The notes: generated from the letters alone by a model not told the origin. Shown: positions 45,708 through 55,804, counted from the stretch's first letter. The stretch is DNA of 64,000 bases from an uncultured Flavobacteriales bacterium (GCA_938009745.1 CALLII010000040.1:5733-69732); one strand, 5' to 3'. Numbers and translations are program-made.

Positions 45708-47396
45708 ATGCGATTTTTCTTCAATAAAATTATTATCCTAATACTCATTTCAATTACTAGTGTTACTTTGTTAGCACAAGAAAAAATTAAGTTAAAAATC
45801 ATTGAGAATGATGATGTTATTGTGTTTGATGAATTTGTAGATTCACTTTCTCAGTTAAGATACCTTCAGGATTTTTATTTAAAATTAATTTCAAGAGGTT
45901 ACATAGAAACTCATTTTGACACTCTTGAAGATAATTCACTATCATTAGTTTTAAAATTAAATAAAGGGGCTCAATATAATTGGGATCAAATGACTTTGGG
46001 TGAAAATTTACAATCTCAAAACTTTCCTTTTCTTGATTCTGGAGAGTTTTTTAATTCAGTTAAGTTGATAGATGGAATTGAGAAACAAATTAATTTTTAC
46101 GAGAATAATGGATATCCTTTTGCAAGAGTTTATTTTGATTCTTTGTCTATTTCAAGACAGGAAATTTCGGGAAAGTTGGTTTCCGATTTAGGAGATTATG
46201 TTGTAATAGATAGTGTTATAATTAAAGGTGGTGCAAAAACTAGTAAGCAATTTGTATTAAGGCAAATTGGTATTGCTAAGGGTCAAGTCTATAATGAGAG
46301 TCAAATTAAAAAGATAGATTCTAAGCTGCAAAACATCCCATTTATTGAAGTAATAAGATCGTCTGAAGTATTTTTCACCAAGGGTAAAGCGACTTTGGCT
46401 CTGTATATAAAAGATAAATCTGCAAGTAGATTTGATGGAATTTTAGGAATTAATCCTGATGAAATTACTGGAAAATTAACTATTGTGGGTGATGTGAAAG
46501 TAAATTTACTAAATGCTTTTAAAAGAGGAGAAAGAGTTTTATTAAACTTTGAATCGATAAAAGAAAACACTCAAAACTATGCTTTTGAAATCGATTATCC
46601 TTTTTTATTTGGGACCAGAGTTGGTCTCATTACCTCTATTAATTATTTTAGGCAGGATACCACTTTTGCTAATTTAAATCTTAAAGGAGGCTTTTCTTTT
46701 TTTCTAGAAAATCAACAAAGAGTTTATGTTTTTGCTAATGTAATTCAGTCAAACAGTCTTTTGGCACAAACAACTACTACTAATCAGTTTCAATCTTTAC
46801 AAACTATTTATTTGGGATTTATTTACGAGATTAATACTTTGGATTACCGTTTAAACCCAAGAAAAGGTTGGGCTGCTAGTGCCGAATTAAATTCAGGAAA
46901 TAAAACTATTGGAAGTCCAACTGGAAACAATAATGAAGAGGAGGACTTAACCTCTTTTCAAATTAAATCAGATGTTTCAGTTTCATATTTTATTCCTGTA
47001 TTCAAAAAATCGACTGTTAAATTAGGGGTACAATCGGGTAATATTTTTGGTGAATCAATTTATGATAATGAATTATACCAAATAGGAGGGCTAAATACTG
47101 TTAGAGGGTTTAATCAGCAGTCATTTTTGGTTTCTAATTACGCTATTGTTACTTCGGAGTTTCGTTATTTATTCGATAGAAACTCAGCTGTTTTTGGATT
47201 TTTTGATGCTTCTTTTTACGAAAAAAAATCAGTAGACGAGTTTGTAACCGATACTCCTTTTGGTTTTGGTGCTGGAGTTAACTTTCAAACGGGAGCTGGT
47301 ATTTTCACTTTAACTTATGGTCTTGGTAAGCAACAAGGGAACCCTATTTTAATAAAAAACGGGAAGGTTCATTTTGGATTTGTTAGTTTGTTTTAA
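45708..47396 (+). CDS. BamA/TamA (Omp85) family outer-membrane protein
   Basis: 562 aa with a signal peptide and POTRA-like N-terminal modules. The C-terminal surface-antigen barrel carries YQIGGLNTVRGF and a terminal ...FGFVSLF. Confidence 0.75.
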   Translation: MRFFFNKIIILILISITSVTLLAQEKIKLKIIENDDVIVFDEFVDSLSQLRYLQDFYLKLISRGYIETHFDTLEDNSLSLVLKLNKGAQYNWDQMTLGENLQSQNFPFLDSGEFFNSVKLIDGIEKQINFYENNGYPFARVYFDSLSISRQEISGKLVSDLGDYVVIDSVIIKGGAKTSKQFVLRQIGIAKGQVYNESQIKKIDSKLQNIPFIEVIRSSEVFFTKGKATLALYIKDKSASRFDGILGINPDEITGKLTIVGDVKVNLLNAFKRGERVLLNFESIKENTQNYAFEIDYPFLFGTRVGLITSINYFRQDTTFANLNLKGGFSFFLENQQRVYVFANVIQSNSLLAQTTTTNQFQSLQTIYLGFIYEINTLDYRLNPRKGWAASAELNSGNKTIGSPTGNNNEEEDLTSFQIKSDVSVSYFIPVFKKSTVKLGVQSGNIFGESIYDNELYQIGGLNTVRGFNQQSFLVSNYAIVTSEFRYLFDRNSAVFGFFDASFYEKKSVDEFVTDTPFGFGAGVNFQTGAGIFTLTYGLGKQQGNPILIKNGKVHFGFVSLF

Positions 47397-47398
47397 CC

Positions 47399-47430
47399 AA
47401 AAAAAACTCCCAGTGATTAGCTGAGAGTTT
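47399..47430 (-). terminator. Terminator closing the LTD-TBDR-endonuclease operon (weakly bidirectional)
   Basis: Stem AAACTCCCAG/CTGAGAGTTT (9 of 10 pairs, one C-A mismatch). On the minus strand it is followed by T8 (A-run at 47399-47406 on plus). Confidence 0.55.
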
Positions 47431-47453
47431 AATACTTATTTTAGTTTGTAAAC

Positions 47454-49682
47454 TTAGTTTTTGATAAAGCTAAGTGATTCGTTAAATGAACTACCACTTA
47501 TTCTAATTTGGTACATTCCAGAACTTAGATTATCAATATTTATTGATTTACTATCACTAGTTAATCCATTAAATGAGCTTGAAGCAACAGTTTGTCCTAT
47601 TGAGTTAATGATTTCGTAATTCAATGTTTCACTTTCGTTTAACGAGTATATTAAGTTAATGCTATTGTTAGCAGGATTTGGAAATAATCTAACTTGTTTT
47701 AGATTACTCATTTCTTCCAGACTAACGGGAGTAGTTAAACATGGAGATGCAGATTGTAACCAAGTCATTGTCATAAAATCAATGAAACAAACGTAACTCA
47801 TACTATCAATAAATGGATTACGGTTATTTTGTAATGATTCGATATAATCGTTTCTAGCCATTTCCTCCTCGTCTACAGGGTCTTGCCAATGCCATTTCTT
47901 TAATACATCTTGTTCTTGCTCGTAGTTCACAACAAAAGGATCAATAGGATTTGGTAGCGCCCAGCTATTTCCACTAACTCCTTCGTAAGTAGCACACATG
48001 TAAAAGATTGCTCTTGCAGCATTTCCTTTGTGTTCATCTCTTGGCTCATACACAGCTTTTCCTCTTGCATCAGTTCCATAAGTTCCATCTAAAAAAGTAG
48101 AGGTTACATTTACCACTTCTCCCAATGGTCTGTTGCTTCTAACTGCATTTGCACTATTCTGGTTAGTAGGGTATAGGTTGTGATAATCGCTATATTCTGG
48201 TAAAGTTTGGTCACCAAAAGTAGGCATCCAACTTTGTGGATAACTATGTTCTCTAGATATGTAAGTAAATGTAAATGGAGCGGTATAGATATATTCATCA
48301 CCAGTGTATACACATGTTACAACTTGCTGCCCATTTGACGTATCTCTAGATGCAAATTGATCAATATAAGTATCATCAAAATCACCATAAAACCTTAGCG
48401 TGTGAGGGTTTATTTTTGTTTGTAAATCCGAAACAAAAGTAGTTGCTGTTTTACTAATTCCATTATAATAATTAGCAGCTTGCATTGTTACTGGAGTAGT
48501 TAAATTAGCAGTTCTGGCAGTATTGTTATAATTAGAAAATGTTCCAGTTCCACTATACGAGAATATTGCAATATGATACGTAGAATTTGCATAAGTTTCT
48601 TTAGATAGGTAAGATAAATTTTTACCAACATAAGCTACTTTGGCATTTCCAATCATGTCGCCAGCAGTATAACTTGTTCCATCTACTGGAGCTCCTGTAG
48701 GTGCACTTCCATTTCTAAATAAAACCAAATAACTTTCATCAGCTAATGGAGTGTTTGGAGCAATATTCACTTCGTATTTGTAAGTAGAAACATTACTAAA
48801 TGTAACTGCAGTTGGAGTAGATGGCTCAGTAGCTAATCCATTTCCATATCCTACAAAATTAATGATGTAAGGGTTTTCAGTTGAATCATTATTAGCAATT
48901 GTAATAGTTGAACTTCTTGTCCCAGCAGCTGTTGGGCTAAAGTCAATTTTAATCGTATCAGATGATAAACTACTTATACTTGAAGGAAAACTAACTACAT
49001 TAAATTCAGTTGAGTTTGAGCTTAAAACATTTGTTATATCTAACGTACTGTCTGTTCCTTGGTTTTCTATTATTAAATTAATTCTTTTAGTGTTTCCAAC
49101 AGTTTCAAAAGTAAAGTAATTACTTCCACTAAAGATAGTATCAGTTCCAATAAGTGCATTGATTTCAGCTTCTGGTTTTGCTAAAGGAGAACCAATATCA
49201 ATATCATCAATAGATACATTGTAACCACTAATTTTATCGAAATAATAAAATTTGATATATCTAGTGCTTGTTTCGCAAGTATCTCGGAAAAGTGTATAAG
49301 TACTTCCGCTTAATTGAGCATCTTTTATAGTTCTTACTGTATCGTAAGTAATGTCGTCAGCTGACATTAGTATTTTTAGAGTCCCTAAATAAGCTGCTCC
49401 TATTGCTTGTCCTTTAACATAGTAAGAAACTTCTCCTCCTTCTGCAACAATATTTATTTTAAGAAAATGACCTGTTCCGCTAAGCTTTACACTTGGTGCA
49501 GATGTGTTTCCATTATTGGCATAAAAGCCAGGAGCGTATGTAGCCCCACCTGCAGTTATTCCCATAGTAACTCCTGATGGTAAAGTAGTGTTAGGTACAG
49601 TCCAAGAAAAAGGTATTGGAGCTTGTGAAAATGAGGTGTAGCTAATTAAAATTGCTACTAGTAAAAGTAAATTATTTTTCAT
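47454..49682 (-). CDS. T9SS-secreted Endonuclease I family nuclease with N-terminal beta-sandwich domains
   Basis: 742 aa. Endonuclease I-like motifs are present: ISREHSYPQSWMP, NLYPTNQNSANAVRSNRPLGEV, YEPRDEHKGNAARAIFYM and NNRNPFIDS. The T9SS CTD is present (LFPNPANNSINLIYS...GMYQIRISG). Confidence 0.8.
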   Translation of the reverse strand: MKNNLLLLVAILISYTSFSQAPIPFSWTVPNTTLPSGVTMGITAGGATYAPGFYANNGNTSAPSVKLSGTGHFLKINIVAEGGEVSYYVKGQAIGAAYLGTLKILMSADDITYDTVRTIKDAQLSGSTYTLFRDTCETSTRYIKFYYFDKISGYNVSIDDIDIGSPLAKPEAEINALIGTDTIFSGSNYFTFETVGNTKRINLIIENQGTDSTLDITNVLSSNSTEFNVVSFPSSISSLSSDTIKIDFSPTAAGTRSSTITIANNDSTENPYIINFVGYGNGLATEPSTPTAVTFSNVSTYKYEVNIAPNTPLADESYLVLFRNGSAPTGAPVDGTSYTAGDMIGNAKVAYVGKNLSYLSKETYANSTYHIAIFSYSGTGTFSNYNNTARTANLTTPVTMQAANYYNGISKTATTFVSDLQTKINPHTLRFYGDFDDTYIDQFASRDTSNGQQVVTCVYTGDEYIYTAPFTFTYISREHSYPQSWMPTFGDQTLPEYSDYHNLYPTNQNSANAVRSNRPLGEVVNVTSTFLDGTYGTDARGKAVYEPRDEHKGNAARAIFYMCATYEGVSGNSWALPNPIDPFVVNYEQEQDVLKKWHWQDPVDEEEMARNDYIESLQNNRNPFIDSMSYVCFIDFMTMTWLQSASPCLTTPVSLEEMSNLKQVRLFPNPANNSINLIYSLNESETLNYEIINSIGQTVASSSFNGLTSDSKSINIDNLSSGMYQIRISGSSFNESLSFIKN

Positions 49683-49691
49683 GATTTTTTA

Positions 49692-52454
49692 TTAAAATTG
49701 TAATTGAACAGAGGCATTAAATCTTCTTCCTAACCCATAGAATACAGAGGCAGATTGTGCATCAAAGTTGTTAAATGATTGTGTGAATCTGTCGTTATTT
49801 TGTGCGTCAGCAATATATTCTTCATTCAATAAGTTTAGTACACTTAATCTGAAATTTAAATATGGAGTTCTTCCTTTTTCTCCCATAGTTTTCAAAGGAA
49901 ATCCATAACCCATATGTAAGTCCATTAATCCATAAGATGGCATTCTCCATGATTCTCTTCCTGCATTTTCTCCAGTTAATCCTCCTGGTTCAAAGTTTGC
50001 ATAATTTCTGTCGAACCAAGTGTATTGAGATTTAACGTAAAGTCTTTTTGTAATGTTTACTCTTACTTTAGCTCCCATTTGAGTTTGAGCTGCATCTCCA
50101 ACATGAACTCCTCTGGCATCAAAAGAAGCATATTGAATATTTCCTGTTGCATCAGTAATAGTGTTACCAGCATTATCTAAGAATGTGATACTATCTTTTT
50201 TACTCTGCCATCTCCAATCACCAAAAGAAATCATTCCTTCAATAGTTAAAAATCTACTCATTTTATAAGCAACTTCAAGTTCAGCTCCCATGTGAAGGGC
50301 ATCCATTTGGATGTTTGCACTAAAGCTTTCATTGTCTTCACCAATTCTACTAACAGTGAAAGGCCTATCTCTCCAATTAGTAGCATAGGTATTAATATTT
50401 ACTGCTAATCTATTTTTCTTAAAAGCATATCCAGCTTCAATAGCTTGTACTTTTTCGTTTACGATATTATTTACTACTTCATTGTTTTGATCTATTACAT
50501 TATTAAACTTAGGAACATTAGATAAGTAACCAAGGTTAATAAAGGCATTAGAATATTCGTCAAAAATGTAATTAGCTCCAGTTTTAATGGTAAACCCAGG
50601 TCGAGTTACCCATTCAGTAGAGTAGGTTTCTAATTCTCCTGATTCTCTAGTGTAAGTTTTGTTGTTTACAGTAACAGTGTCGTTATAACCAACTTCATAT
50701 TGTTGTCCGTCTACAGTTACAGTTTTCTTTCTAAAATAATCAACTCCCTGGTATCCAGAAACAGAAACAGAACCACTAGCAAATATTGACCACAGATCTT
50801 TTTTGTACTCTACTTGTCCAAAACCACCACCCCAAACAACTTTACCTAAATCATGATAAAAGTATTTATCATCCACACGGTATACTCTTTGGTTTGCATT
50901 TTGATCGCCTCCTAAATCTTTAGCGTAATCAGCATCCAAAAGGTTGTAAACTTTTCTAAAATGTTCTCCTTGGTAACTTCTTAAATCGATACCTCCAGAG
51001 TAAGTTACGTTTTCATTTTTGATGTAAGTAGCTGTTGAAAGGAGCCCGTACCAAAAGTGATTATTTACACTTTGAAAAACATTAGAGTTCGCAAATACCT
51101 CAGTAGAACTTATGTCTGTATCTATATTCGGTCCAAAATCTCCTGATGTGTTGTTGTCATAAATAAACTGAGCATTTAATCTACCTGTTATGGGGTCTGT
51201 TGAAGAGTTTCTCATTCCAGTTCCTCCTCCTCTTCCTACAGAAAGATAGGCTACATTAGATAAATAAAATTTATCATTTACTTGCCAAAAATCTCTAAGT
51301 GTAATTTGAGGTTTAAAGTATTTATTCTCTCTTTCGTATAGAGTAGTTTGTTCCCCATTATTATTGATGTAATCTCCATAGAATTGATTAAATTTTATTC
51401 CATGATCTTGTCCTCCGGCTAAACTATATTGATCTATTGCTGATTGAGATACTCCTAGTTCTCTTGCGTCATCTACATTAAAAAATGATATAGGCTGTTT
51501 GAAAGAACGTTGGCCATGACTTTGTGGTGCTCCAAAAGCAGATAAACTGATTAAGTGGTTTTTAAATTTCTTTTCTAATTTTCCATAGAAAAAGTAACCA
51601 TCAGTATAGGTGCCGTCTACAAACCCATCTCCTTTTTTTCGAGAAAAAGCACCTGTAAAACCAAATCCATTTTTCATTTTTCCTGAGTTGTAACTAAAGG
51701 ATTGCCTTTGAAACATTCCTGTTCCAGCTTCCATTTTTACAGTCAGTTGTTTTTTTGAATCTATTCCTGAAGTAAAAATATTCATTGTACCTCCAACAGA
51801 AGGAACAGCCAATTTAGAAACTCCAAGACCTCTTTGAACTTGGATGCTCTGTGTTACCATATCTAGACCAAACCAGTTTGACCAATAAACCCATCCGTTT
51901 TCCATGTCGTTAACAGGAACTCCATCAATCATAACGGCCAAATTACTTTGGCTAAAACCTCTTATTGTGATTCTTGCATCACCATCACCACCTCCACTTT
52001 GAGTAGCATAAACACCTGGTGTTGAGTTGAGAACCATTGGTATGTCTTGTGAAGCTAACTCTTCATTAAGCTTTTCTCTAGTAACGTTTGTAAAGGCAAC
52101 AGGAGTTTCTCTTTCTTTTGCAATATCGGCTACAATTTCAATTTCATTTATCATTTTGTTAGCTAACTTCACATCAATAATTTGAGGACGAGAAGAAACT
52201 ACTACTTTTCTTGTAACAGGTTTCATTCCTACAAAAGAATAGGTTATTGTTTGCTCACCTTGAGGTAAAGAAAGGCTGTAATTACCATAAAAATCTGTAA
52301 TAGTTCCATTACCACCACTGTAACTAATTGTGGCTCCAATAATGGTTTCTCCAGTTAGTTCATCAGTCACGGTTCCTTTTACAATTCCGTTTTGAGCAAA
52401 AAATCCTATTCCTGCAAGCAGGAATAGGATTGTTAAAGATATCGATCTTACCAT
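49692..52454 (-). CDS. TonB-dependent receptor with CarboxypepD_reg-like N-domain
   Basis: 920 aa. Has a CarboxypepD_reg-like segment (GTVTDELTGETIIGATISYSGGNGTITDFYGNYSL), a plug region (ITIRGFSQSNLAVMIDGVPVND) and a terminal beta-strand ending ...SVQLQF. No SusD-like gene is adjacent. Confidence 0.9.
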   Translation of the reverse strand: MVRSISLTILFLLAGIGFFAQNGIVKGTVTDELTGETIIGATISYSGGNGTITDFYGNYSLSLPQGEQTITYSFVGMKPVTRKVVVSSRPQIIDVKLANKMINEIEIVADIAKERETPVAFTNVTREKLNEELASQDIPMVLNSTPGVYATQSGGGDGDARITIRGFSQSNLAVMIDGVPVNDMENGWVYWSNWFGLDMVTQSIQVQRGLGVSKLAVPSVGGTMNIFTSGIDSKKQLTVKMEAGTGMFQRQSFSYNSGKMKNGFGFTGAFSRKKGDGFVDGTYTDGYFFYGKLEKKFKNHLISLSAFGAPQSHGQRSFKQPISFFNVDDARELGVSQSAIDQYSLAGGQDHGIKFNQFYGDYINNNGEQTTLYERENKYFKPQITLRDFWQVNDKFYLSNVAYLSVGRGGGTGMRNSSTDPITGRLNAQFIYDNNTSGDFGPNIDTDISSTEVFANSNVFQSVNNHFWYGLLSTATYIKNENVTYSGGIDLRSYQGEHFRKVYNLLDADYAKDLGGDQNANQRVYRVDDKYFYHDLGKVVWGGGFGQVEYKKDLWSIFASGSVSVSGYQGVDYFRKKTVTVDGQQYEVGYNDTVTVNNKTYTRESGELETYSTEWVTRPGFTIKTGANYIFDEYSNAFINLGYLSNVPKFNNVIDQNNEVVNNIVNEKVQAIEAGYAFKKNRLAVNINTYATNWRDRPFTVSRIGEDNESFSANIQMDALHMGAELEVAYKMSRFLTIEGMISFGDWRWQSKKDSITFLDNAGNTITDATGNIQYASFDARGVHVGDAAQTQMGAKVRVNITKRLYVKSQYTWFDRNYANFEPGGLTGENAGRESWRMPSYGLMDLHMGYGFPLKTMGEKGRTPYLNFRLSVLNLLNEEYIADAQNNDRFTQSFNNFDAQSASVFYGLGRRFNASVQLQF

Positions 52455-52478
52455 AATAGGTTGATTCTAATAAGTGAT

Positions 52479-53423
52479 TTAGTTTAAAATGATTTTTTTA
52501 GTCAACTTTTGTCCATTTTCAAAAGTTAAAGCAACAAAATAAATTCCTTTGTTCAATTCATCAGTACTAATTCTAATTGTTGTTGAATTAGCATTTTGTT
52601 CAATTACTTTTGCACCTGTAATTGAGTATACTTCAATTAAAGCAGGAATATTTGATGCTTTAATAGTCACTAATCCTAAACTAGAAGGATTAGGAAATAC
52701 ATTAAATTTTTCTGCAATTTCATTTTCATTTAATGATAATAAACCTGGGCAGTTACAAAAGTGTTCACCTAAGTTAGAGAAGTTTAAAGGAGATAAAGAA
52801 TCCCACTCAGTTCTTGGATCAAATGCATCTAAAGCATCTGAATCACCTTCAGTTACATTAAATTTTCTGATAAGTACGTGATCTTTAGTCCAAGCATTAG
52901 AATCACCAGATACTGAAATAAGTGGCCATCCAAAGGCTTTATTTGAACTTGGAACTCCATTAATGGTTCCAGGATCTTCACCTACTCTTCCAAATACATC
53001 AATTGCAACAGTACCTTTAAAAAGAGCCAAAGCATCATTTCCATTGAAATACATTACATTGTTAACCGTGTATACTGGGCAGAAAAATGCATCAGCTTGA
53101 TTTTGCAGAGTATCCCAAACTGGAGCTTCTTGACCTGTTCCAGCAGAATCTCTTTTATCAATAACTAATACAAAAGTGCTGTATGCTGCAATAGTTCCTG
53201 AAAGAGCTAGTTTTTTTGTTGCATCAGCCGAAGTAGAACCGTTTGAGTATCTTCTTAATTCGTAAGCAGATAAATCAATTGGAGCATTTGTTGGGTTTAC
53301 CAATTCGATAGCCTTGTTGTTTGACCATCCTTCTACGTACTCAGAAATAAAAATTTCATTGCACTGGGCGTTAAATGAGGCTACTGTTAAAACTGCAGCA
53401 ATAGAGAGTAAAATTCTTTTCAT
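52479..53423 (-). CDS. T9SS-secreted lamin-tail-domain (LTD) protein
   Basis: 314 aa. The mature N-terminus is CNEIFISEYVEGWSNNKAIELVNPTNAPIDLSAYELRRYSNGS (LTD-like). The T9SS CTD is present (VFPNPSSLGLVTIKAS...GIYFVALTFENG...KIILN). Confidence 0.75.
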   Translation of the reverse strand: MKRILLSIAAVLTVASFNAQCNEIFISEYVEGWSNNKAIELVNPTNAPIDLSAYELRRYSNGSTSADATKKLALSGTIAAYSTFVLVIDKRDSAGTGQEAPVWDTLQNQADAFFCPVYTVNNVMYFNGNDALALFKGTVAIDVFGRVGEDPGTINGVPSSNKAFGWPLISVSGDSNAWTKDHVLIRKFNVTEGDSDALDAFDPRTEWDSLSPLNFSNLGEHFCNCPGLLSLNENEIAEKFNVFPNPSSLGLVTIKASNIPALIEVYSITGAKVIEQNANSTTIRISTDELNKGIYFVALTFENGQKLTKKIILN

Positions 53424-53560
53424 AATTAGAGGTTTTATTTAAAATTCTTCACAAAATTACAATAAAAAAAACCGAATGTCACGGCATAATGTTAACAAAT
53501 TATCAACTTTTTTAAGATATTGACGGTCTCACTTTTTTGTTTTTTTAATAAAAAAAAGTC

Positions 53561-53568
53561 TATTTTTG
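53561..53568 (+). promoter_or_regulatory. Candidate Bacteroidota -7 box (TAttTTTG) for the crp/fnr-family gene
   Basis: Matches TAnnTTTG 17 nt upstream of the ATG at 53585. A TTG lies 21 nt upstream, at 53537-53539. Confidence 0.35.
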
Positions 53569-53584
53569 TAGTACTAAATTAATT

Positions 53585-54271
53585 ATGCAAGAATTTAAAA
53601 GCAATAATCCTAAAACGCATTTCTGTTTGTTCAGTGAGTTATCACGAGAACAAATCGCTTCTTTGCGCTTGCAAGAAATAGAAAAAATTTACAAAAAAGG
53701 AGAGTCTTTATTTAATGAAGGAGCCTATCCTAAAGCACTTTATGTTGTTTTTAAAGGAGTAGTCAAAATTCATAAATATGGAATTAACGGAAAAGAACAG
53801 ATTACAAGACTTGCTTCGGCAGGTGATTTAATAGGTTACCGTTCACTACTAACCGGAGAGAGTTATTCTGCTTCAGCAACTGCAGTAGAAGAAACTAGAT
53901 TGTTTCAAATTCCTTCAGATGCCTTTTTTAATTTATTGAAAGCGAACCCAGATTTTTCAATGAAAGTGATACAAATGCTTGCTGGTGACTTGCGTCATGC
54001 TGAAAAGCAAGTAATTGATATGGCTCAAAAATCTGTACGAGAAAAGGTGGCAGAAGCTCTACTACTTTTGTCAAGTAAATTTGGTGTTAATGACCAAACA
54101 TCTGTTTTAAACTCAATGCTTACAAGAAAAGAAATAGGAGATATTGCTGGTGTTACTACTGAGTCTGCAATTAGAACTATTTCTGATTTTAATAAAGAGC
54201 AAATTATTGAAATTGATGGTAAACGAATTTTAATTAAGGATGTAACAAAGCTTGAAAGAGAAGTTGTTTAA
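53585..54271 (+). CDS. Crp/Fnr family transcriptional regulator
   Basis: 228 aa with a cNMP-binding-like beta-roll (GESLFNEGAYPKALYVVFKGVVKI) and a C-terminal HTH (TRKEIGDIAGVTTESAIRTISDF). There is no FNR-type Cys cluster. Confidence 0.85.
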   Translation: MQEFKSNNPKTHFCLFSELSREQIASLRLQEIEKIYKKGESLFNEGAYPKALYVVFKGVVKIHKYGINGKEQITRLASAGDLIGYRSLLTGESYSASATAVEETRLFQIPSDAFFNLLKANPDFSMKVIQMLAGDLRHAEKQVIDMAQKSVREKVAEALLLLSSKFGVNDQTSVLNSMLTRKEIGDIAGVTTESAIRTISDFNKEQIIEIDGKRILIKDVTKLEREVV

Positions 54272-54376
54272 CTTATAGCTATTCGTTTTACTTTTAAATT
54301 TTTCATTTGTTTAATTTTGGCTTAATTATTGAAATAAGTACAATAATTATTATTCCGTTTAAGTTAACTTTGAGTT

Positions 54377-55804
54377 ATGCGCTATCTACTTTTTATATTT
54401 ATTTTAATGTCTTTTGGGCTAAATGCTCAGTTTGGCTTTGATAAGATAGATCATGATTTTGGTGATATTTATGCAGGAAATGACAGGACTGTTGATCTTA
54501 AATTTAGAAATACAACAGGGAAAGATGTTTATTTATTAAGTATTCGTCACGGAAGAGAAATAAGAACATTAGTATCCACAAAGACTGTAAAGCCTGATAG
54601 TGTAATGGTTATTAGAGTTAAGTATAATCCCACAGAAACAGGAAGTTTCAAAATAAAAATCCCATTTTATTTAAGTAATAGTTTGGAACCATTTGTATTT
54701 ACAATTCAAGGAAATGTAAAAGAAATAGACAATTCGATAGGGTTAGATTGCCCAAGTTTTGATAGTAAAGGTCCTGTTTCTTCTCCTATTTTTGATTTTA
54801 CAGCAACTGTGTTAGATGCCGAAACTGGCAAGCCAATTAAAGATGCTACTATAACATTTGTTAGTAATGGAACTGTGGCTCAAATTGAAAAAACTAATAG
54901 AAATGGTATGGTTGAAACCGTATCGCTTATTGGATTATACTATTTTGTGATTACAGCAGATGGATATTACGGCAAAGAGTTTCAGAAATATGTAAATCGA
55001 AATAATGATTCTATTTTGGTTTACCTTAAAAAACCAATTATTGAGGAGCCAATAGTAATTGAAGAACCAATTATTATAGAGAAGCCAATTGTTATTGAAA
55101 AAGAAGAGCCTATAATTAATGTAGAGCCAAAAAAAGAAGATCCTATTGTTGTGAAAGAGGAGCCAATATTAATTGAAGAACCTGACGTAGCTGAGCCAAA
55201 GAAAGATACTTTGCCTATTAAACCTGTTCCTGCTATTGAGGAACCAAAATACAAAGCAAATAACATAGTTTTTTTATTAGATGTTTCAACTTCAATGAAC
55301 TCAGATGGAAAATTAGATTTACTTAAAGCTTCATTAATAGAGATGGTAAAAGAGCTTAGAGACGAAGATCGAATTACATTGATTTCGTACTCAACTTTTT
55401 CTAAAGTAATAATTGAAGCTACTTCGGGAAGTGAGAAAGAGTTACTTATTAAGACTATACAAGGAATAAAAGCCCAGGGGATGACTGCAGGGGGTGATGG
55501 GATGAAATTGGCTTACAGGCAAGCTCTAAAACATTTCATTAAAGGAGGTAACAATCAAGTGATTATGGCTACTGATGGAAAGTTTAATCAGGGTAATACT
55601 AATCTTGATAGGTTAGTTGAGAAAAACTATATCAAAGGAATTGGCTTAACTGTTTTGGGTATAAAAAACAAACCAGAAGATGCTGAAAGTATGCAGCAAA
55701 TTGCTGAGGTTGGCGGAGGTAATTTTTTATTAATTGATAGCTACGAAGATTCTAAACAGTTATTAATTGAGGAGATAAAAAGAACTTCTCGCATTAATAA
55801 ATAG
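54377..55804 (+). CDS. VWA-domain protein with DUF1573/ASH-like and CarboxypepD_reg-like N-domains and an (E)EPI-rich repeat linker
   Basis: 475 aa with a signal peptide. Contains FDKIDHDFGDIYAGNDRTVDLKFRNTTG (DUF1573-like) and ATVLDAETGKPIKDATITF. The VWA MIDAS motif is DVSTS (FLLDVSTSMN). Confidence 0.75.
   Translation: MRYLLFIFILMSFGLNAQFGFDKIDHDFGDIYAGNDRTVDLKFRNTTGKDVYLLSIRHGREIRTLVSTKTVKPDSVMVIRVKYNPTETGSFKIKIPFYLSNSLEPFVFTIQGNVKEIDNSIGLDCPSFDSKGPVSSPIFDFTATVLDAETGKPIKDATITFVSNGTVAQIEKTNRNGMVETVSLIGLYYFVITADGYYGKEFQKYVNRNNDSILVYLKKPIIEEPIVIEEPIIIEKPIVIEKEEPIINVEPKKEDPIVVKEEPILIEEPDVAEPKKDTLPIKPVPAIEEPKYKANNIVFLLDVSTSMNSDGKLDLLKASLIEMVKELRDEDRITLISYSTFSKVIIEATSGSEKELLIKTIQGIKAQGMTAGGDGMKLAYRQALKHFIKGGNNQVIMATDGKFNQGNTNLDRLVEKNYIKGIGLTVLGIKNKPEDAESMQQIAEVGGGNFLLIDSYEDSKQLLIEEIKRTSRINK
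55034..55207 (+). repeat. Short coding tandem repeats encoding P-I/V-I/V-I/V-E-E units
   Basis: PIIEEPIVIEEPIIIEKPIVIEKEEPIINVEPKKEDPIVVKEEPILIEEPDVAEPKKD, encoded by a reiterated cca-att-(r)tt-att-gaa-gaa pattern. Confidence 0.7.

Noticed and set aside
53424-53584. Search for a CRP/FNR-type palindrome (TGTGA-N6-TCACA or TTGAT-N4-ATCAA) in the crp / LTD-operon divergent region
   Set aside because: Only isolated half-sites are present (for example TTCACAAAA at about 53448) and there is no convincing dyad. The regulatory link therefore rests on gene arrangement alone.
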